NCBI GenBank assembly: GCA_965202585.1
Contig: OZ241832.1
Span: 46,996,001-47,060,000 of the forward strand
Length of the DNA: 64,000 bases
Direction of reading: 5' to 3'
From: Thalia democratica
Lineage: Eukaryota
In this document: in pieces, positions 43,163 through 56,134 of the stretch
Numbering within the stretch: position 1 is the stretch's first letter
Layout: each line of letters begins with the position of its first letter
The notes under the pieces: generated by a model
The model's input: only the letters and a program-made list of their open reading frames with translations
What the model was told of the DNA's origin: nothing
Databases searched by the model: none
Program-made: the position numbers and the translations under genes

Positions 43163-46100
43163 ATGCTCAACAACCGGTCCTTTTTAGGACCACCATTTGA
43201 ATAAAACCAGCTATTAGATAACTTAAGTAAAAATTGCCTTTACAGTAATACCAACATATTGATATTTATACAAATTAAAAGCCCATATAAAAAGACAAAC
43301 TATTTTGTCCTACTCAACTCTTACGTTATGGAATAAATCTAACATGAAAAAAGTAGTAGTAGTAGTACTGGCAATAAAAATATTTGCAAAAAAGGTTTAA
43401 CTAACTTGAATATGTTGTCCGTAAGTTATTTTCTTCTTAACGTTTTTTATACAGAAAACTACATCTTATTCATTTGTTGAACTTCTGTTAAAACATTCAG
43501 TAAGTAAGTATATTCGTTTTTAAAAAAACTTTATGTTCAACTTATAACAAAAAAAACTTAGTTTTAGTTATCATTTTAAGTTTTTGTTGTTTGTAAGTAA
43601 CACAATGAGCTTTAACTTTTTAAATGTGTTCTTCTTAACATTTTGAATGCGATTGAAACCGTGGAACACGTTTTTGAAAGTACAAAAATGGAAGTAAAAG
43701 TTCAAAACAAAAATAACAAGTGTGATTTTTTAGTACAGTTAATTATTCCTTCTTACAAAGCTAACATAAACTTAGCTTGTTTAGATATATTGTCAAGTTA
43801 AAACGCCACCATATGAAACAAGTCAATTCATTAGCTGAAACATGGTACAAAAGATAAAAAGTAACAGCTTGTACCACTTGTTTCATATATTTTAAGGTAA
43901 AAACTAGATATGATACAACTTGATGACCTAAAACAACTATAATGCTTTAGTTTAGTTTATATTTGCCTTAAATCTAAAGTAATCAGGACAACCAATTGAT
44001 TTAACCAGCTACTAGAGTCTCTAAACTGTGTCAACCAAGCCTTAATAAAACGACAAAATGTACAAACTTTAATCTACATTGTGTTGGTGGGTTAAAAGTT
44101 AGTATATTTGGATAATACAGTTTACTTATGAGTGATAATATCCCTGTTTTACCAGTTAGTTACACTTACTATAGTTTTTTTTTTACTTTTACTTGATGAA
44201 ACTCTTTTTGAGAAAGAGCTAGTTATGTTTTGAAATCATTGCTTAAACTGTGGAATAATATTTAGTATCTAAGTGTTAGGTAAAAATTTCCATAGGCATT
44301 TTCTTGTTTAAACAAAACTTGTTTTGATTCATTCTACTTTGTGGACTTGTTTTTCAAACATTTAAAAAAAATTAATTTTGTTTATTAAAAGAAATAGTGC
44401 TATGTCACTTAAAAGTAAAAATAAAAGTTTGAATGAAAATAATACATTCAATTACAATGAGAGGTATGTAATAATATATACTTACTTGACTCAATTACAG
44501 CAACTAAACTTGGATTTTATTTTCAAAATGTATTAATCTTGTTAATAAGAATGCAACTGAAACCGTTAAAAAATTATTAAAAGTTGTACAATTCATTTAT
44601 GTAAAAAACAGCGTTTTTTCAAAACAAACATTCAATTTAAGTATAACAACAATTTAACATACTGTTGAAATATTTGTATTAACCTTAGGATTGTTGTGTT
44701 CAACTCAAATTGTTAGTGGCTTTATCAAATAAAAACAACTACACATAAAAACATGATACAAAGAAAAAAACTTGTTACCATTTTTTGTATCTCGTTTTTA
44801 AACTGTACATGAGACAAATAAAAACTACTGTAATCATTCTTTCCATAAGTCTAAAGCTTACGTGCACCACCAATCAGTTATACAAGCTGCTAATGTCTAC
44901 TAAACTCACACAATTTCATTCTTAATCCACTTTATGCTTATAAACGATCCAAGAACACCACATCTCACTTTAAATCTATATTTTATCGCTTTCCATTGTT
45001 AATTAAATAGTTAAGCTTGCTATGATTTCTCCACTTTTACTTTGTTTTTGATGTAACTTCTACGAAGGAAACTAGTGTGAACACTGCTCTAATCCTTAAC
45101 TCATTGCTTAAGGTACTTGAATGCTTAGTGAAAATCTTTAACTAACTTGAACGTGTTTTTCGTGTTCTTTTTCTTGTTATCTCATTTAATCAAGGAACTC
45201 ATTCTTACTCATGCTTACTTTGTGGACTTTTATTCGTTTATCATTCAATAAATATTTGTTTTTTAGTTTATTAAAATAAAGTTATGCTACGTCACTGTAA
45301 AAACTAGTTATATTTTTTAATGAAAATAATAAAAATAAAACTTCACTGAATTATTAATAGAAAATGTTTTCAACTTTTAACAACAAAAAAAAATGTTAAC
45401 GTTCCATAAAAAGTATTGTTCAATTACAATCAAAAACATGCATAGCTATTCAAAATTCATACATGACAATACATAAATGTAAACAACATCGATTGTTCAA
45501 AAGAAACATAATACTATCAACAAGCACACAATTGACCAAAACAAAAACAGCTTAGATAAATGATGAAAGTGTATACCTAAAACTATAATTTTCCAAAGAC
45601 GACATCTATTTATTAGGTTGCTTTACTAGTCAAACATATGAAACAAACCAATTCATTAGCTGAAACATGGTACACAGGAAAAGAAGTAACAGCTTCTTAC
45701 CATTCATTTGTGTTACTTGTTACAACTGTATGTGAGACAACTTGATGATTTAAAACGACTTAAACAGTTTGTCATTAGTTATTTTTGTTATAAATGTAAA
45801 GTCATCAGGACCACCACTTAATTTAACCACTTACTAATGCCCACAAAGCAGTGTAAAACAAGCTCTAACTAAAAGACAAAAATGTACCAAACTTAATGTT
45901 CCTTTTGCTGGTGAAAGCCCAAAAGCAAGGTAAAAGGTCAGTTAGAATATTTGTATAACACACTTTACTTAAAGTTTTACTTTTATGTTTTATTTTTTAG
46001 TCACTTTGTTGTACTTACAATTGTTTTGGTTCTCTTACATGACATCTTAAACTACTTGTGAGGATGGAGCTAGTTGCAATTAAAAAGCATCGCTTAAGTC

Positions 46101-48029
46101 TCTTACGCTACATGTAATTAAACTTTTGCAGAAAGCTTTAACTAACTTGATTTTTGTGTCCATAGGATTTTCTCGTTAAGTTCTTTTTTTAAACAATACT
46201 TATTCCCACTATGCTTACTTTGTTTACTTCTTTTTGCAATATCTAACAAATACTTAGTTTATCTAAAAAAAAAAATTCTACGTCATCGTAAAAAATATGT
46301 TATATTTTTAAATGAAAATAATACATTAAATTGTAACAAAATAAGCTTAACTTTTTTTATTATAAAAAAATATATCATCAATAGCTTCTAGAATTTTTTA
46401 TTAGTATTTATTGCATGTATTTCAAACTATATAAAACAGTTTAGAGTTGTAAAATATACATGTGTAAACAACAGTAGATGTTCAAGTCAAAATGAAAATT
46501 ATTAAAAAACTTGCGATTACAGTACAACAATCATGAAGTAACACGACCAAAATCTTTTTACAAAACTTAAAACTCTTTTATTGAACTCAAATTGTTCACA
46601 GCTTTATTTTATCTTGTTTCAGAAAGTTATAACCAAACTTCAACTAAAACACAATTGAAAACATGCATTGCAATTTAAAACTCATAAAAAACATAAGCAA
46701 AAAATAGCATCAACAAGTATACAACTTATTACAACATGAACAAAAAAGAACAATTCGAATCCTTAACTTTAAAAAGCTTGCATTGTTTAGTTGATTTGAC
46801 ATTGCTTATAGCTTTATCTAGTTAAAGCATCAACATTTAAATCAAACTAAATCAATTGGTACAAAAGAAGTAACAGGATGTTACCATTTAATTCTATCAC
46901 TTTTTTACGGTACATATCACTAATTATCTAAACCACATATAACACAATTTGATAGCTTAAAACGGCATTAACAGTTTTTTTAACTATGCTTTTTTACAAA
47001 CCTATGGCAATCTACCTATTTGTTTAACTAGCTTTTAATTTCTACTAAGCAGTTTTAAACTACCATTAACTAAACAAAATATGTGTACAATTTCAACAAC
47101 TTTGTGCTGGTAAAAGATCAAAAGTAAGAGTTAGAGCTAGTTGAATGAAACATTTTACTTCTACATAACGTTTTTTAAGCTCCTTATATTGGCTTTTGCA
47201 ATTTTATCTAACCATTTTCAACTACTTTGAGAAAGGGGCTAGTTATGTTTTAAAAGTATTATTTAAATCGTTGAACAAGTTTTATAAATCAGTTATAATT
47301 GAATGTTTCATAAAAAGCTTCAACTAACTTCAGTGTGTTGTCCGTAGGCTTTTTCTTAAAAACTTCTTTATTTACACTAAACTTATTCTCATATACGCTT
47401 ACTTTATATACTTGTTTTTTTTTTCATTAAATAACTGCTTAGTTTGTTTTTAAAAATTTGTTCTACGTCACTATAAGTAAAAATTATATTTTGAAATGAA
47501 AATAAAACAGTTAGTTTTTATTTTATACTTTAAATAAACATGGTATTATTATTAAAAATTCTTGATCATTTAATTTAATTAAAAAAGTTTTATTAATCAT
47601 ATTTGTTGAAATTAAACTAAAACTTAACATAAAAAACAGTTTCAAAGTTATACAACAAATAAATGTAAACAACTGTGATTGTTCAAAACAAAAAAAAATC
47701 AAAAGCATACAGTTTCAGTACAACTATCATTAAATCTTTCATTTTACAAACCCTAGACTTTTTTTTGAACTTAGTAGCTTATGGATTTTTCAAATAAAAA
47801 CATCGATGCATAAAAATACTAACAGCTGAAACGTTATGCAAAGGAAAAGAAGTATACAGCTTTGTAACTCAATTGAACACTATGTATGACACAACTTGAT
47901 GACTCAAAACTGCTGTAACTGTTTGTTTTAAGTTATGTTTTTTAAAAGTAAGATAAGTTTAAGATAAACGAAAAATGTATATGATCGGTATGAATCATTG
48001 GTCCAACATACAACAGCTCAAAAAGAAAA

Positions 48030-48139
48030 GCCTACGGCACGCGGTATTCCCAAGCGGTCACCCATCTAAGTACTAAGACACTGCTTAACTTCCCAGATCG
48101 GACGAGATGGGGTGCGTTCAGTGTGGTATGGTCGTAGGC
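48030..48139 (-). rRNA. 5S: 5S rRNA gene with 8-nt deletion, unit 6
   Basis: Identical to unit 1 copy. Confidence 0.93.
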
Positions 48140-49234
48140 GTCTAGCAGCGAAAAAAAGCGATTATAAACAAATAAGCTGTCTGAAACTTGTAGATTGTTT
48201 GCTTAAGTGTTTCATATGTTTAGAGCCCACTTTGTTCTAACTAATAAAGATAAACTAAGCCTTTCTAGTCTTTACTTTTCACATTTTTTTCTTAGCTTCA
48301 AGCTTCATAAAACTATTCAGCTATTGATTTTTAGTTGTTAGAGTACACAATATCATTACAGTGCAACGACATAGCAACATTATAAGACAGAAATTAACTA
48401 GTACAACAGTTTAGAAAAGTTATTTCAAATACTTTTAACTGTGAAACTACATTTTTTTTACATAAACTTATTGGCACTTTTTAAAATAAACCTACTTGCT
48501 TTTAACTTTTGAACGAGTTTTTATATGTACAGCGCGTTTTTGAGAAGGTAAGTGACTAGTATGTGCAAGAACAAACTAAAAACTTAAGTAGTTAAATTGA
48601 ATTAGATGGTGTAATTAATTTTTTAGTACTACCCTTTTTATTATGAGTAAATTTAAGGTAAATGATAACTAATAAAATCACACAAAACGAATACTTGTGT
48701 ATTTTTCGGATTTTTTTTTACAAATCAGCACAGTTTAAAATGTAATTAATTTAAACATACTTCATGGGTTTTACGATTAACAAAGCTGGCTGGAAATAAA
48801 ATAATAAAACTTTGCTTAAGCTTGAGATGAAAAAAACACTTGTCCTTGTCTAAAACTTCACTACTTTAAGCTTCCAGCTTAAGAAAACTAAGCCGGGTGT
48901 GTAGTAGTATAATTTGTTTTATATGTGGTTTACCTCACTAAATGGAGAGATGTGCTGTAGCATTTAGACTGTTTTTCTGGACCTTTAAAGCTAACCTTTA
49001 AAAAAAAATTCACTTCTGAATCGGATTAATTCTTGTTTCTTTATCACTGGAACATTTTTAACATTAGTAGTAAAGCAACTTTGCTTTTATTAGCATACAG
49101 GCTTTAAACTCACACGCTAATGCTCGTAACAATCAGTAAAAGGTACCTGAGAAAGCAAAACTGCTCAACAGTCAATTCGTCACAGTCAGTAACTGCTGAA
49201 AGTATTGTTTTGCTTTCTTTAATCAACATACAAA

Positions 49235-49819
49235 ATGTCTACAACAGCAGTAGCAGCACCATCAGCAGCGGCACCGGCCGCAGTTAAGGCCAGGTCTTCC
49301 AAAAGACCAAGCGCCAAGAAGGCAGAACACCCGAGTTACAGGGAAATGATCAGCTCTGCCCTGGGAGCAATGAAAGAACGAAAAGGTACATCCCGCCAGA
49401 AGATACAAAAGTTTATCGCGGAAACCTACAAGCTTGAGCTCTCAGCTTCTAATTCTCACTTGAAGAGAGCACTTACCAGCGGCGTGACCAAGGGTGCTTT
49501 TCTCCAGACTACTGGAAAAGGCGCTTCTGGCTCGTTCAAGCTTGCTCTAATGCCAGCTGCTGGTCCCAAGAAGAGGACAAAAAAAGTAGCTAAAAAGCCA
49601 GCAGTAAAGAAGACCGCAGCTAAAAAACGAGTGAAGAAGTGTGCTCCCAGGAAGGCAGCAAAAAAACCAGCAGCCAAAAAGCGACCTGCTAAAAAGTGTG
49701 CTCCTAAGAAGGCAGCGTCTAAAAAAGCTGCAAGCAAGAAGAAGAAAGTAACAAAGAAGAAGCCGGCAGCCAAAAAAGCATCTAAGAAGGCAAGTACCAA
49801 GAAGAGCTGCAATAAATAA
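49235..49819 (+). CDS. H1: Terminal divergent histone H1 (three missense changes; damaged stem-loop, possibly pseudogenising)
   Basis: Intact 194-codon ORF; P>L, K>R, K>N versus other copies; stem-loop GGTCCTTTTCAGAACC. Confidence 0.85.
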   Translation: MSTTAVAAPSAAAPAAVKARSSKRPSAKKAEHPSYREMISSALGAMKERKGTSRQKIQKFIAETYKLELSASNSHLKRALTSGVTKGAFLQTTGKGASGSFKLALMPAAGPKKRTKKVAKKPAVKKTAAKKRVKKCAPRKAAKKPAAKKRPAKKCAPKKAASKKAASKKKKVTKKKPAAKKASKKASTKKSCNK

Positions 49820-49879
49820 GTTGTTCTTTGACCCAAGGTCCTTTTCAGAACCACTCAATTAAAGTACAAAAAATTTTTT

Positions 49880-50282
49880 AAAAAGTAACAGCTTGTACCA
49901 CTTGTTTCAAATTTCTTAAAGTAAAAACAAGATATGAGACAACTTGATGACCTAGAGCAACTATAATGCTTTAGTTTAGTTTATATTTGTCCTAAATCTA
50001 AAGTATTTAGGACAACTAATTGATTTAACAGCTACTAGAGTCTCTAAACAGTCTCAAACAAGCCTTATAAAACGAAAAAAATGTACAAACCTTAATCTAC
50101 ATTGTGTTGGTGGATTAACAGTTAGTATATTTGAATAATACATTTTACTCATGAGTGATAATATCCCTGTTTTCCTGTCTTACCAGTTAGTTACACTTAC
50201 TATAGTTTTTTTTTTACTTTTACTTGATAAAACTCTTTTTGAGAAAGAACTAGTTATGTTTTGAAATCATTGCTTAAACTGT
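49880..50282 (+). repeat. Diverged fragment of the array spacer (unit positions ~254-649) marking the array end
   Basis: AAAAAGTAACAGCTTGTACCAC...GCTTAAACTGT; roughly 10% mismatches by eye plus a small insertion. Confidence 0.9.
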
Positions 50283-52630
50283 AGTAAAGTATATAGCTAA
50301 AAGTATGCGGGTATCTACTTTAATATTAACTGTTTATAAATTGTTTAGGATGAACTTTTTCTTTTTTGTATAATAACGACCTTTAAATAACAAGTTTCAA
50401 ATAAAATCAGGCTTTTTAAAAGTAAGATTTTTTATTTCAACAAACATCCTCTCCAAAGAAGACACAATACCATGATAAAATAAAATAAAACTAAAATATA
50501 AATATACAATACCCTCTAATCCTGGTCACACGTCATTCATAATTAAATAAATAGTCAATAACATTTAAATGGATGCTGAAAGTCCTATCAACCAAACAAA
50601 ACATACTTTAAATAATTAAATGGTTTTTGTAAACTAGACATCCTTACTAAAAAACACCATAAATTTAACCATAAAATGTATGTCGTAAATTAACAAGATA
50701 ACCTTAAAAGACATGGTTAGAAAAAAATTAAATTAATGTTTAGGCCTGAGCTATCCAGAAAAGATTTTACTGAACTGAGGTGACCTGAGAAAAACCTTAC
50801 TAAAATAAATGAAATGAGTTACCTATAAGGAAATTTACTTTTTATATTCTTGCAAGAAATAGCCAAAAAAGTTATTTGAACCGAAGTAGGTTCACGAGCA
50901 AAGATAAACTACTGTAGTGATAAACTAAATATATGATGATAAATTAAGAGCAGTTATGCAAACCGTTGAGATTAAACGCCTTAACTAATCACTTAATTTT
51001 ATTTGAGAGTGTAACAAATATAATCTATCCTACTTTTATACTGTGTTCAAAACTCTATCTTTAAAAGGGCTTTTATAAGTCGCGGACGTGAAATATTTTC
51101 CATAGAATAAATTGAACTAGGTCCGCAGTTATAAAAAAAAAGTTATTGCCCTTAATTAATAGTAACAATGATCTAATACTAAATAATAAGGTGACTTTTG
51201 TTAAACTGCAGTAAACTTTTTTTTATTCAGTGTTCCTGAACTTTCTTTAAGTTTGATTTCTAATAAAATATCTGTTCAAAAACTATAAAAAAGCTGTAAT
51301 TTATAAACTTTGAAACTTTATAAAATATATACTGTTTAATTTTATACATTTTTTCTTTCTTATTTATATGAAGCTGAGAAGTTTGTTTTCGTATCGCATG
51401 TGCATTATTCTATAAAATCATTATTATTTTTTTTATAATTTTTAAACTGTAAGATAGAACAACCAAAAAGATTTTCTTTAACTAAAAATAAAAACTGGTA
51501 AAGACTTTTACACTTTAGAGTTTTATAAGCTATAAAATAATAACTTAGGTATAAAAAGTCATAAACTCATTTAAAAAAATAATATGTTAAATGGATTAAA
51601 GAATTTTCTTGAAACCCATAAAATCGATAATTTATATTTCAAATAATAACAAAAAACTAATACTGGTGAAAACTTTGAAATCCATCAATGTTCGTATTTT
51701 ACAACAATCTAGTTAGAAAATTACTTGTCAGACTCTTAAAACGAATAATGATTGTTTTTGAAAAATACAAAGTAAAAAAAACCAACATTATTACTAAAAA
51801 TGTGTTTGAATACTAGTATTCAGAAATGTTAAACTCAAGTGTCATAAACAAGTATACCTGCTCTGTAGGCAAGAGCATCTCCTACATAGAAAAAAAAATA
51901 TCGGACAAATATTTTGAAGAGTTGCTGTTTTTTAGTGCTATACCGTGTTAAAATTCAAACATAGAGAATAACTTGAAATTTCTAGAGGTGTGTTCGAAGT
52001 GAGTTTAGAATTTAGAATTAATGTCAGTCGTAAAAGAAAAACCGAAGTTAAACTTACAAGTAACCGCAAATTGAAAGATAAGTTAATTGACATTAAAATA
52101 ACTTACACTCGTTTTAAACTTTAGACTGCTTGCTTTTTTATAACCTTGTACGTGTTACGCCCTATTCTATTTTTATTTAAATTTTCTTCTAAACAGTTTA
52201 ACATTTCATTTAACTTTTGAAAAATAAATGAGTATTATTCAAAAAGCTTAAAGTGATCTATAGAATCCAAAAAGGCCCGAACCGGCTGGGTCTAACCGAA
52301 GTCTTAAGATTTAGTAGATCACTACTAACTAGTTTTGGTTCAGTTATATATTAAATAAGTTAAATAAACTTTCTTAATTTGAAATTTGTTTATTTACTTT
52401 TAAGCAAGCTTTTATTTAAAAATATTTTTTCCCTGTAACATCGATTTTCTTGCACAAATACGCTGATATTTACAAAGTAATTGAATTTTAAAACTTACAG
52501 TTCCGTATTAATCTTGACAATGGTTATAAAGTATAAAACATTCTTTTGGATATTTGTTAACATAAATTTTGCTAGATTATTCTGCCAAATTGCGAAAATT
52601 TCTACTTTTATTTATGCAAAGGTTTCAAAA

Positions 52631-54401
52631 TATTTTTCCTTTAATCATCTTTAACTGAATTACAAGTTTACTTTTGGAGGTAATTTATTTATTCTTCATA
52701 AACTGATGTACCAAAGGAAGGTTAGAAATACTCTACTTAAATAAAATGTTAACACAACACAAATGCTTTTCAATGTTTCAAAGTAAGTTTTAATTTGATC
52801 AATAAATTTAAATGCTAGATAACGTTTAAAATTTGTAGAACCGCTCAGTTCCAACCCGCGATCAACTCCCACCTGCGCATAATTCCCACCCGCACAATTC
52901 AAAATTGATCAAATCTGAGAACCGACCAAGGGTAAGGGTTAAGGGTAACAGTGATAAAAAAAAAAGATCAATAAGTAAAGACAAAAAAAAGGTGGGAGTT
53001 GTACGTGGGTGGAAAGTGTGCGGGTGGAAATTGATCATGGGTAGGAATTGTAAGTTTACCAAAATGTTGATATTTATTTTGAAACATAACGTTTCCAACA
53101 CAAATAGATTTGTAAAATATTTCATACAAATAAAAACTAGATATTTAGCCATTAACCTTTGTTTATTTCTTTATTTGGAAAACAACAAGTTAACAGTAAA
53201 GAAAACGGTATAGGCAAACTACTCAATTTTAAAAATACCATTTAGTTTATTATTTGTATGATATAGCGCTTAAATTTTATTAAGTTACAGTTTTTATTTA
53301 ATAGTGCTCTCTCTCTCTCTGATATGACGTCACAACAAAGCTCTATCGTTTGTGATGTCACAACAGTAAACATCTAAGTTGTAGCTTACACACTTAAAAA
53401 CATATTTAAAATCTGCGATGAAATCTCAAGATCATACTTTTAGGGATCATTTCTAAAGTATGTGTCTCACGAATGTTATTTAACAATGACGGTCAACCAC
53501 TCACGATGATGAATTGTGGAGAGGTTTTCTGAGCAGGAAAATGACTTCAGCTTGCTGAGTGTCGTAATGACTGTTCCACTGTTGTTAAGGCAGCAGTGGA
53601 GGGAAATCGCTCTTTCTGAGTGACCAACAACCAGCCTAGTGGGGCTATATATTATCGTTTAAAATCACAAGAAAACTTTTATATGTTGTTATAAGCTTAT
53701 TTTCAAACATGATATAATTAGGTATAAATTAAAATTTTATTAAATAATACGAATATTTAGATTATTTTATATTAGCTACAAATGCCTTTTTTTGTATTAT
53801 GTTTGATAAACTTTTTATAAAGTAATTTATGCTTTAATTTGAAGTAAGGAAATCTTTGCTTCTCCAGAGAAAACTTAATAATGCAAAAAATCAATTGCTT
53901 TAAACTATAATATTTTTTAATGCAAAAGAAACTATTTTCATTTACTATGAGTAACATTTTTTAATTTATTGCAAAAAAGTTTCCCATAGAAACGTACATG
54001 GATCAGAATAGACTTTTAAACAAAGCTCGCCGCTAAATTTTGTAGTTAATTTTATGAATAAGATCTGATTCAAACATCAGGTGAGATCCTTCTTTTAGGG
54101 GACGAATCAGATTGTGCTTCGTGCCTTTCTGCGTAACAAGAATTTCGGCAAGACACGTTTCACACATCAAGTTATGTGTTCAAACCGTCTTCATTTCCGT
54201 TCACCTTGTAGAAGGATCTAACTAACATGAGTTGCATGTATTAATGTTTGATATTCTGAATGCTAACGTTCGTGTGAAGCTTTATGACGTCATAAAGAAA
54301 GAGAGTACATGATAACAGAAGAGATTAGCATACTTTATGCACTGCACAGTGCGGGAGCCGATCATTTCTACCCCGATCATTTCTAACATGATCACTTCTA
54401 A
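52631..54401 (+). repeat. Left arm of ~1.8-kb inverted duplication
   Basis: Reverse complement of 60974-62731; mirrored ORFs (e.g. 53772..53957- and 61418..61603+). Confidence 0.92.
52853..53051. mobile_element. ~200-bp MITE/HINE-like element with inverted ~15-bp subrepeats and a telomere-like core
   Basis: GATCAACTCCCACC/AATTCCCACCCGCAC on the left, GGTGGGAGTTG/GTGCGGGTGGAAATT on the right, central AGGGTAAGGGTTAAGGGTAA. Confidence 0.5.
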
Positions 54402-54792
54402 TCAGGGGCGTCGCGTGGGGTGGAACCCTGGAGCTGTAGCTTTACCTAAAAGAATGAAAAATTATGCTTTTTTTTTTATTGATTTTAGAGTTTAAGACTT
54501 TAAATACGCTGATTTCAGCCCCTGCTTCAGCTGTACAACACTAAACTACGTCAAAATAACTTTATTTTAAAGTTGAGGAACTGAGCTTTTAAATGGCATA
54601 AGTTTTTTATATTACCTAAAAAAACAAGAAAGTTATGTAATCATGAAGTTGTACAAAAAATACAGCCAAATGTGTATATGAACGTCTTTAATTTCCTTGC
54701 TAAATTAGTTTTCTTCAAACTTTTATATTTGATGTTAAAAATGTTCGTAAAATTAGAGCTGCAAGCTCAATCTGTGTCAGCTGCGGTTTACT

Positions 54793-55131
54793 ATCATTTC
54801 TAACTCGCTATCATTTTTAACCCGATCATTACTAACCCGATCATTTCTAACCCGGTCACTTATAACCAGATCATTTCTAACTCGATTACTTCTAATCTGG
54901 TCACTTCTAACCCGATAATGTATAAGTCGATCACTTATAACTCGATAATTTCTTACCCGATCACTTCCAACCCGATCATTTCTAATAAGATATTTTCGAA
55001 TAAGATCATTTCTAACCCACTTTAACCCAATCATTTCTAACCCGGTCATTTATAACCCGATCATATTTAACCCGATCATCACTAATCCGATCGTTTTTAA
55101 CCTGATCTAACCCGACAATTGTTAACCTGAT
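54793..55131 (+). repeat. 15-bp tandem array (ATCATTTCTAACCCG)n
   Basis: About 20 degenerate units. Confidence 0.92.
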
Positions 55132-56134
55132 CTGTATTAATGTGTTTATTTGTTGTTTTTTTAATAAGGATTTGTTTAAAAAAGCTAACCTCAACAAAAT
55201 TGTTTTTTTAATAAAATTTAGTTTAATTTGTTTAAAATAAAACTTAATGTTCAGATACTTTCTGTTAAAATTTAATTTTAGATATTTATTGTTATTGGAA
55301 GTTTGTTGTCGTACGCTAGACCCAGGCATCAAAATCTGGGCGACTTACTCTGAATGACACATAACAAAGAGACACAAATTTATATACCTTAAAATCAAAA
55401 AATACAGTTTTACCTAGTTTTTATAGATTAATAGCAAAAGAAATCAACACTTTAGTATAATACTAATTGACTTATTTATGATTTGAAGGAGAAGGTTTTT
55501 AACGAATTTGGTTTTAACTTCATAATAAGCAACTTTAATATCAACTCTTTCAACGGTCAATGAGTTCCAATAAAACCAAATACAGCTGCACAATTTATCC
55601 TTTTAGATTTAACCTACAATTTATTTTAAACAAAAAATCTTCTCTGCAATATTCAGCAACACATATTTAGACGATTTAGTAAATTATTACAATGATTTTA
55701 GTGCAACAATCAGCAAAACAGTCTGAATCACGCTTTTCTACATCTAAATAAGGTTCAGGGTTACTTTTATAAATTTCAATTAGAACATAATAGAATGTCA
55801 AAATTCAAACAAACTAAAAAATTCATGAATAAATTTTCTTCTTGTTAAACATCAACCGGACATATCACATCCTGATCTTTAGAGTTAGGTTTTGTGCATT
55901 TGTGCAACTGTTTAGTATATCATTGTTATTTATCAATTATTTTTGTCGCTTCGCCAAAGCATAATCGATAAATTAAAATAAACATTATTGGAATTAAGGT
56001 AGAAAGAATTGTAAAAAAAATCAAAAATTTAAGTGCATTGACTAACCACTAAATTTCAAATCTAAAGTCCAAAGCACATTAAGAATACAGGTCAAATAAA
56101 TATCTATCGAAAATTTTGAAAACTGGTTTATTAT

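Larger units (their letters stand above)
43603..49879 (+). repeat. Terminal truncated repeat unit 6 (spacer, 5S, H1 only)
   Basis: Matches unit 1 up to just past the H1 stem-loop; divergent from ~48611; no H3/H4/H2A/H2B follow. Confidence 0.95.

Noticed and set aside
52696-53957. ORFs in the inverted arms (and mirrors at 61418-62701)
   Set aside because: Short, compositionally biased, overlapping a MITE-like element; useful only as markers of the inversion
55440-55960. Short stop-free minus-strand stretches that might be decayed transposase or exons
   Set aside because: No recognisable motif by eye; would need a translated profile search to call
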